Shown here: piece by piece, positions 59,350 through 64,000 of the stretch
Position numbering within the stretch: position 1 is the stretch's first letter
Layout: the number at the start of each line of letters is the position of its first letter
NCBI GenBank assembly: GCA_963788655.1
Contig: CAWBHS010000049.1
Span: forward strand, 224,001-288,000
Direction of reading: 5' to 3'
From: an uncultured Verrucomicrobiae bacterium
Lineage (GTDB): Bacteria > Verrucomicrobiota > Verrucomicrobiia > Limisphaerales > JAFGQR01
DNA: 64,000 nt
Program-made: the position numbers and the translations under genes
The notes under the pieces: model-generated
Databases searched by the model: none
The model's input: the letters and a program-made list of their open reading frames with translations, nothing else
What the model was told of the DNA's origin: nothing

Positions 59350-60963
59350 ATGAGTGACGAAAATCGAATGTTGTTAAGCGGCGATGAAGCAGTGGCCCTG
59401 GGGGCCTGGCACGCCGGCGTAGCCCTGGGGGCCGGATATCCCGGTACCCCGTCAACCGAAATCCTGGAATCCTTCTCCAAATTGGGCGGGCGCGGCCAGT
59501 GGTCGCCCAACGAGAAAGTGGCGCTCGAAGTGGCCATTGGGGCGGCCTTTGGCGGGGCGCGCGCGATGGCGACCATGAAGCACGTCGGCTTGAATGTGGC
59601 TGCCGATCCGCTGTTTACCGCCGCCTACACCGGCGTCACCGGCGCGCTGGTCGTGGTCTCCGCCGACGATCCGGGCATGGCCTCCAGCCAGAACGAACAG
59701 GACAACCGCCGCTATGCCGTGGCGGCGGGCGTGCCGATGCTCGAACCGTCCGATTCGCAGGAGGCTTACGACTTCACCCTGGCAGCGGTGGAAATTTCCG
59801 AGCGCTGGCAGATCCCGGTGTTGCTGCGGCTGACCACCCGCGTTTGCCACAGTTACACGGTCGTCAAGCCGCGCGACAATCCGGAAACGCCCAAGCCCGC
59901 CAATTACGAGAAAAACATTCGCGGCCGGGTGATGATTCCCGCCTACGCCCGCCCGGCCCACCGGCGGTTGCGTCAGAAGTTGGCCGAAATTCAGGACTGG
60001 AACGAGACGTGCGCGCTCAACCAGACCGTCGCCGGAAGCCGCGCGCCGGGCATCATCACGTCGGGCATTTCCTACATGCACATCCGCGAGGCGGCGCCGG
60101 AAGCCAGCGTGCTCAAGCTGGGCTTAACCTATCCGCTGCCGATGAAGAAGATCGCCGAGTTTGTCCAATCGGTGGGGCGTTGCGTGGTGATCGAGGAAGG
60201 CGATCCCTACCTGGTGGATGCCATTCGGGCGGCCGGAATTTCTGTCGAGGGCAAGGACGAAATGTATCGGTTCGGCGAACTGAACGTCGAGCGGGTGCAT
60301 CGCATTTTGAATCACGACACCACGCCCGAACCCGCCAAGCCGCCCGGCAAACCGCCCCAACTCTGCGAAGGCTGCCAATACCGCCAGGTCTTCGACACGC
60401 TGCGACGGCGCGATTGCATTGTGGCCGGTGATATTGGTTGTTACACGCTCGGGGTGCTGGAGCCGTTCGAGGCCATCGACAGTTGTGTATGCATGGGCGC
60501 CAGTCTGGGCGTCGGCCTGGGTTTGCGTCACGTGCTCCCACCCGAACAATCGCGCCGCGTGGTCAGCGTGATCGGCGACAGCACGTTCGTTCACAGCGGC
60601 ATCAGCGGCTTGGTGGAGATGGTTTACAATCCCCCGGCCAATGGCCACGTGTTGATCATCCTCGACAACGCCACCACCGCCATGACCGGCCACCAGGAAC
60701 ATCCCGGCACGGGCCGCAAGCTGACCCACGAACCGACCGGCAAAGTCGTGTTGGAAGACCTGGCCCGCTCGCTGGGGGTCCAGCGGGTCCACGTCGTCGA
60801 ACCGCGGGTCGGCTCCAACGAATTCGAAAAGGTGCTGGACGATTGCCTGGGCAGCAACGAACTGTCCGTCATCATTGCCCGCCGGCCGTGTTTATTGATT
60901 GTGAAACAACTTAAGCAATACGAAAGCTGCGAGTGCGAAGCGAAAGGCGCCCATGCCGAGTAA
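59350..60963 (+). CDS. iorA: Indolepyruvate:ferredoxin oxidoreductase alpha subunit (no C-terminal ferredoxin domain)
   Basis: GYPGTPSTEI, NEKVALEVA, MKHVGLNVAADP, SSQNEQDNR, LCEGC, GDIGCYTL, IGDSTFVHSG. Confidence 0.93.
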   Translation: MSDENRMLLSGDEAVALGAWHAGVALGAGYPGTPSTEILESFSKLGGRGQWSPNEKVALEVAIGAAFGGARAMATMKHVGLNVAADPLFTAAYTGVTGALVVVSADDPGMASSQNEQDNRRYAVAAGVPMLEPSDSQEAYDFTLAAVEISERWQIPVLLRLTTRVCHSYTVVKPRDNPETPKPANYEKNIRGRVMIPAYARPAHRRLRQKLAEIQDWNETCALNQTVAGSRAPGIITSGISYMHIREAAPEASVLKLGLTYPLPMKKIAEFVQSVGRCVVIEEGDPYLVDAIRAAGISVEGKDEMYRFGELNVERVHRILNHDTTPEPAKPPGKPPQLCEGCQYRQVFDTLRRRDCIVAGDIGCYTLGVLEPFEAIDSCVCMGASLGVGLGLRHVLPPEQSRRVVSVIGDSTFVHSGISGLVEMVYNPPANGHVLIILDNATTAMTGHQEHPGTGRKLTHEPTGKVVLEDLARSLGVQRVHVVEPRVGSNEFEKVLDDCLGSNELSVIIARRPCLLIVKQLKQYESCECEAKGAHAE

Positions 60964-61448
60964 AGTCACCAATGTCATTGTCGCCGGCCTGGGTGGTCAG
61001 GGCGTGCTGAAAGCCACTGACATCCTGGCCGACGTGGTTCTGCGGGCCGGGTTCGAAGTCAAGAAGAGCGAGATCAAAGGCATGAGCCAGCGCGGCGGGT
61101 CGGTTACCGGCGACGTCCGTTTTGGCGATGAAGTGTTCAGCCCGATGGTGCCCGTCGGCGAAGCCGATTTCCTGTTGGTGCTGGAACCGACCCAGGTCAA
61201 ACCGCACCGCTACATGCTGCGTCCCGACGGCGTGCTGGTCACGCCCGAGCAAGTGGACGCCAGCAAGCTGCCCAATAAGAAAAGCCTGAACGTGGCCATG
61301 CTGGGCGCCTTCAGTGCGCATCTGCAAGTGCCCGAGGACGTGTGGCTCGGAGTCGCTCCGCACGCATTTTCCCGAAGCCTTTTTTGAAGCCAACCGTCAG
61401 GCCTTTTACCTGGGCCGGAATTCGCAATCCCCATCGCCAGCCGAGTGA
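60953..61448 (+). CDS. iorB: Indolepyruvate oxidoreductase beta subunit; frameshift near 61350
   Basis: [25 protein letters not shown]. Corrected end [13 protein letters not shown]...PAE* at 61448. Confidence 0.88.
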
Positions 61449-61453
61449 ACCCT

Positions 61454-62784
61454 ATGACCAAGAATCAGCCACTGCCTCCCATGCATCCCGCCAGCGCCAT
61501 GGATTTCTTGCCGCCGGATCAGTTGCGCGACGTGCAATTGACCCGCCTGCAATTTATGGTGCGGCGCGCCTACGACCATGTCCCGCTGTATCGCCGGCGC
61601 CTGGAGGAACGCAAATTGAAGCCGGACGATCTATTGTCGCTGGCGGACATCAATAAGCTGCCGTTCACCGTCAAAACCGATTTGCGCGACGCCTACCCGT
61701 TCGGGCTGTTCGCCAGTCCGATGCAGGAGATCGTGCGGTTCCACGCCTCGAGCGGCACCACCGGCAAGCCGATCGTGGTCGCCTACACGCAAGAGGACGT
61801 GGACGTCTGGGCGCGGGCGATGTTGCGGAGCTTTGCCGCGTGCGGCGTGCATGCCGGCGACATCATCCAGAACGCCTACGGCTACGGTCTGTTCACCGGC
61901 GGCCTGGGCGCGCACTACGGCGCGGAAGCCCTGGGCGCCAGCGGTCATTCCCATTTCCGGCGGCAACACCGACCGCCAGATCATGGTGATGAAGGATTTC
62001 GGCGTGACGGCGATCTGCTGCACGCCCAGCTACTTCCTGCACCTCATCGAGCGGGCGGGCGAAATGGGCATCGACCTCAAGGAATTGCCGTTGCGCGCCG
62101 GCGTATTCGGCGCCGAACCGTGGACGGAAGGCATGCGGCAACGCATCGAAGCCGAAAGCGGCATCAAGGCTTACGACATTTACGGTCTGTCCGAGATCAT
62201 CGGTCCCGGCGTGGCCATGGAATGTCAGCATCAGACCGGGCCTGCACATTTTCGAGGATCATGTTCTATCCGGAAATCATCGATCCGGAAACGGGCGAAC
62301 CATTGCCCGACGGCGCCGAAGGCGAACTGGTGTTGACCACGCTCTGCAAGCGGGCCATGCCGATGATCCGCTACCGCACGCGGGACATCACATCGCTCGT
62401 GACAGACACCTGCCCCTGCGGCCGGACCCTGCGGCGGATCTGCCGGATCGGCCGCCGCAGCGACGACATGTTCATCATCCGCGGCGTCAACGTGTTCCCG
62501 TCGCCAGATCGAGACGGCGCTGCTCGAGGTCGAGGGCACCCTGCCGCACTACCAGATCATCCTGACCGGCGACAAGGGACTGGACACAGATCGAGGTGCA
62601 GGTCGAAGTGACCGCCGAAGTGTTCAGCGACACGGTGGGCGCCATGGAACAGCTTCAGCGCAAACTGTCGCACTCGATTGAGAGCATCGTCGGCGTCCGC
62701 GCCGCCGTGCGCCTGGTGGATCCGCGCACCATGCAGCGCAGCGAAGGCAAAGCCAAACGCGTGCTCGATAAACGCAAGATATAA
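61454..62784 (+). CDS. paaK: Phenylacetate-CoA ligase; several frameshifts
   Basis: [93 protein letters not shown]. Confidence 0.92.
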
Positions 62785-62813
62785 CGACCGCAACGTTCGG
62801 AGAAAGGCCAACT

Positions 62814-63254
62814 ATGACAGTCAAACAACTCTCCATTTTTCTGGAAAACAAACCGGGCACCCTGAGCACCACCTGCCGGCTGCTGGCCCAGGAAGGCATC
62901 AACATCCAGACCTTCGCCCTCGCCGACACCAAGGAATTCGGCATCCTGCGCTTGGTCGTCCACGAGTGGGAAAAGGCCAAGGCCGTTCTCGAAAAGAACG
63001 GCTGCGTCGTGAAGGTCACCGAAGTGGTCGCCCTCGAAGTGCCCGACGAACCGGGCGGCTTGGTCCGGCTGCTGGAAATCCTCGAACAAGCCCGGGTAAA
63101 CGTGGAATACACGTATGCCTTCACCGACAAGCAGGAAGGCAAGGGCCTGCTGGTCTTCCGATTTGACAATCCCGAGGGTGCCGTCAAGGCGCTCCAGGCG
63201 AATCAATTCAACGTGGTCGGCACCACCGAACTCGCCCGCCGCCTGAAGAACTAA
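62814..63254 (+). CDS. Double ACT-domain protein
   Basis: KQLSIFLENKPG...DTKEFGILRL, VPDEPGGL...NVEYTYAF. Confidence 0.93.
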   Translation: MTVKQLSIFLENKPGTLSTTCRLLAQEGINIQTFALADTKEFGILRLVVHEWEKAKAVLEKNGCVVKVTEVVALEVPDEPGGLVRLLEILEQARVNVEYTYAFTDKQEGKGLLVFRFDNPEGAVKALQANQFNVVGTTELARRLKN

Positions 63255-63264
63255 CGTGCTTAAC

Positions 63265-63301
63265 AACGTGCTGCCGGCGTCCCGCCGGCAGAAACGGATG
63301 C
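63265..63301. repeat. Single family B REP arm
   Basis: AACGTGCTGCCGGCGTCCCGCCGGCAGAAACGGATGC is essentially the reverse complement of the arm in the 52 kb array. Confidence 0.8.
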
Positions 63302-63648
63302 GAACTGCGCTTGGGGTCTTTCCTAGAATTTTGCCGTTTGGTTATGCCCGAGGATCGCTCCCGCCTCCGGCGTTCTGATTGGCGCCCCGCCAACGACTCC
63401 TTGAATGCGAGGCGAGCGCCCTCATTTTGGAGCCCTGGCTGGTTCCGAGCCAATCAGTGAAAGCGCTCCCTTGGAAAGCTGGCGAATGCCGGTCAGGTGC
63501 GTCCGCAATGGGGATGCCGTCATCTGGGACAGGGCCAGGTAAGGCGCGACGGCGTCTCGCCTTCGCGGGTTTGCCTCCGTGCTATCCGGGAAATCCGTGG
63601 TTCATCCTCACGCCGGTTTTCGAGCGAACCCATCCCGCGCTCGAGGTT

Positions 63649-63756
63649 TCATTGATCCTGCGGGCTGCGCGCGCCAATCCCCGGCCGATTCAACACGTGG
63701 GTTTAAATCATCGTCGTGGACACGTCTTCATGCCCCAGCAACTCCGAAACGGTGCA
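63649..63756 (-). pseudogene. C-terminal relic of an integron-type tyrosine integrase
   Basis: Reads [34 protein letters not shown], matching IntI-type RTVQELLGHxDVSTTMIYTHVLNRGxxGVRSPLD. The catalytic Tyr codon position is TAA (63705-63703). Confidence 0.8.
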
Positions 63757-64000
63757 ACTTGAGCGCCTTGGGAAGGCGCGAAAGGAATTGCGGTGCCGCC
63801 GCAAGCCCCGCCAGGGGTAAGCGAGTGGGCACGAGCGAATCAATGTCCATGCTCCGATCCAGCAATGGCGACGCAAAGCAATGCCGCCGCCCCCCAACCA
63901 CCTGGTAGGGCGAGACTCCGTCGAGCCCTGGCTTCCCCGGAGCGCGCCCATCAACCTCCTGCCGGGCCAAGGGAAACGTTTGGTCTTCGAACGGCTCAGG

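Overview
GC-rich bacterial chromosomal window. Gene style, repeat families and promoter architecture suggest Verrucomicrobiota of the Pedosphaerales/Limisphaerales type (inference). Many single-base frameshifts, even in normally essential genes, point to long-read indel errors. Housekeeping and metabolic genes: parE-parC, glgB, rnhA, pgi, comEC, folB, an OPT transporter, OMPLA, and a thioesterase-iorA-iorB-paaK-ACT cluster. A six-gene Hyf-like Ehr membrane complex lacks Ni-binding cysteines and is headed by an HTH/PTS-EIIA gene. A sugar-use cluster encodes an SSS transporter, a lipoprotein rhamnose mutarotase and a GH29 remnant. Several large secreted proteins are present. Most notable observations: (1) a 1535-aa FG-GAP propeller protein with a TcA-toxin-like C-terminal half and a secreted Calx-beta partner, but no TcB/TcC; (2) a HAD-Nudix fusion 3 bp upstream of folB, a candidate bifunctional enzyme for dihydroneopterin triphosphate dephosphorylation; (3) a ~402-bp x 2.5 tandem array built from several REP-like families, abutting a truncated RAYT transposase 5' end; (4) REP doublets nested inside IS-like terminal inverted repeats; (5) an integron-integrase C-terminal relic; (6) internally deleted genes and repeated leaderless promoters. 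No rRNA, tRNA or CRISPR array was recognised.
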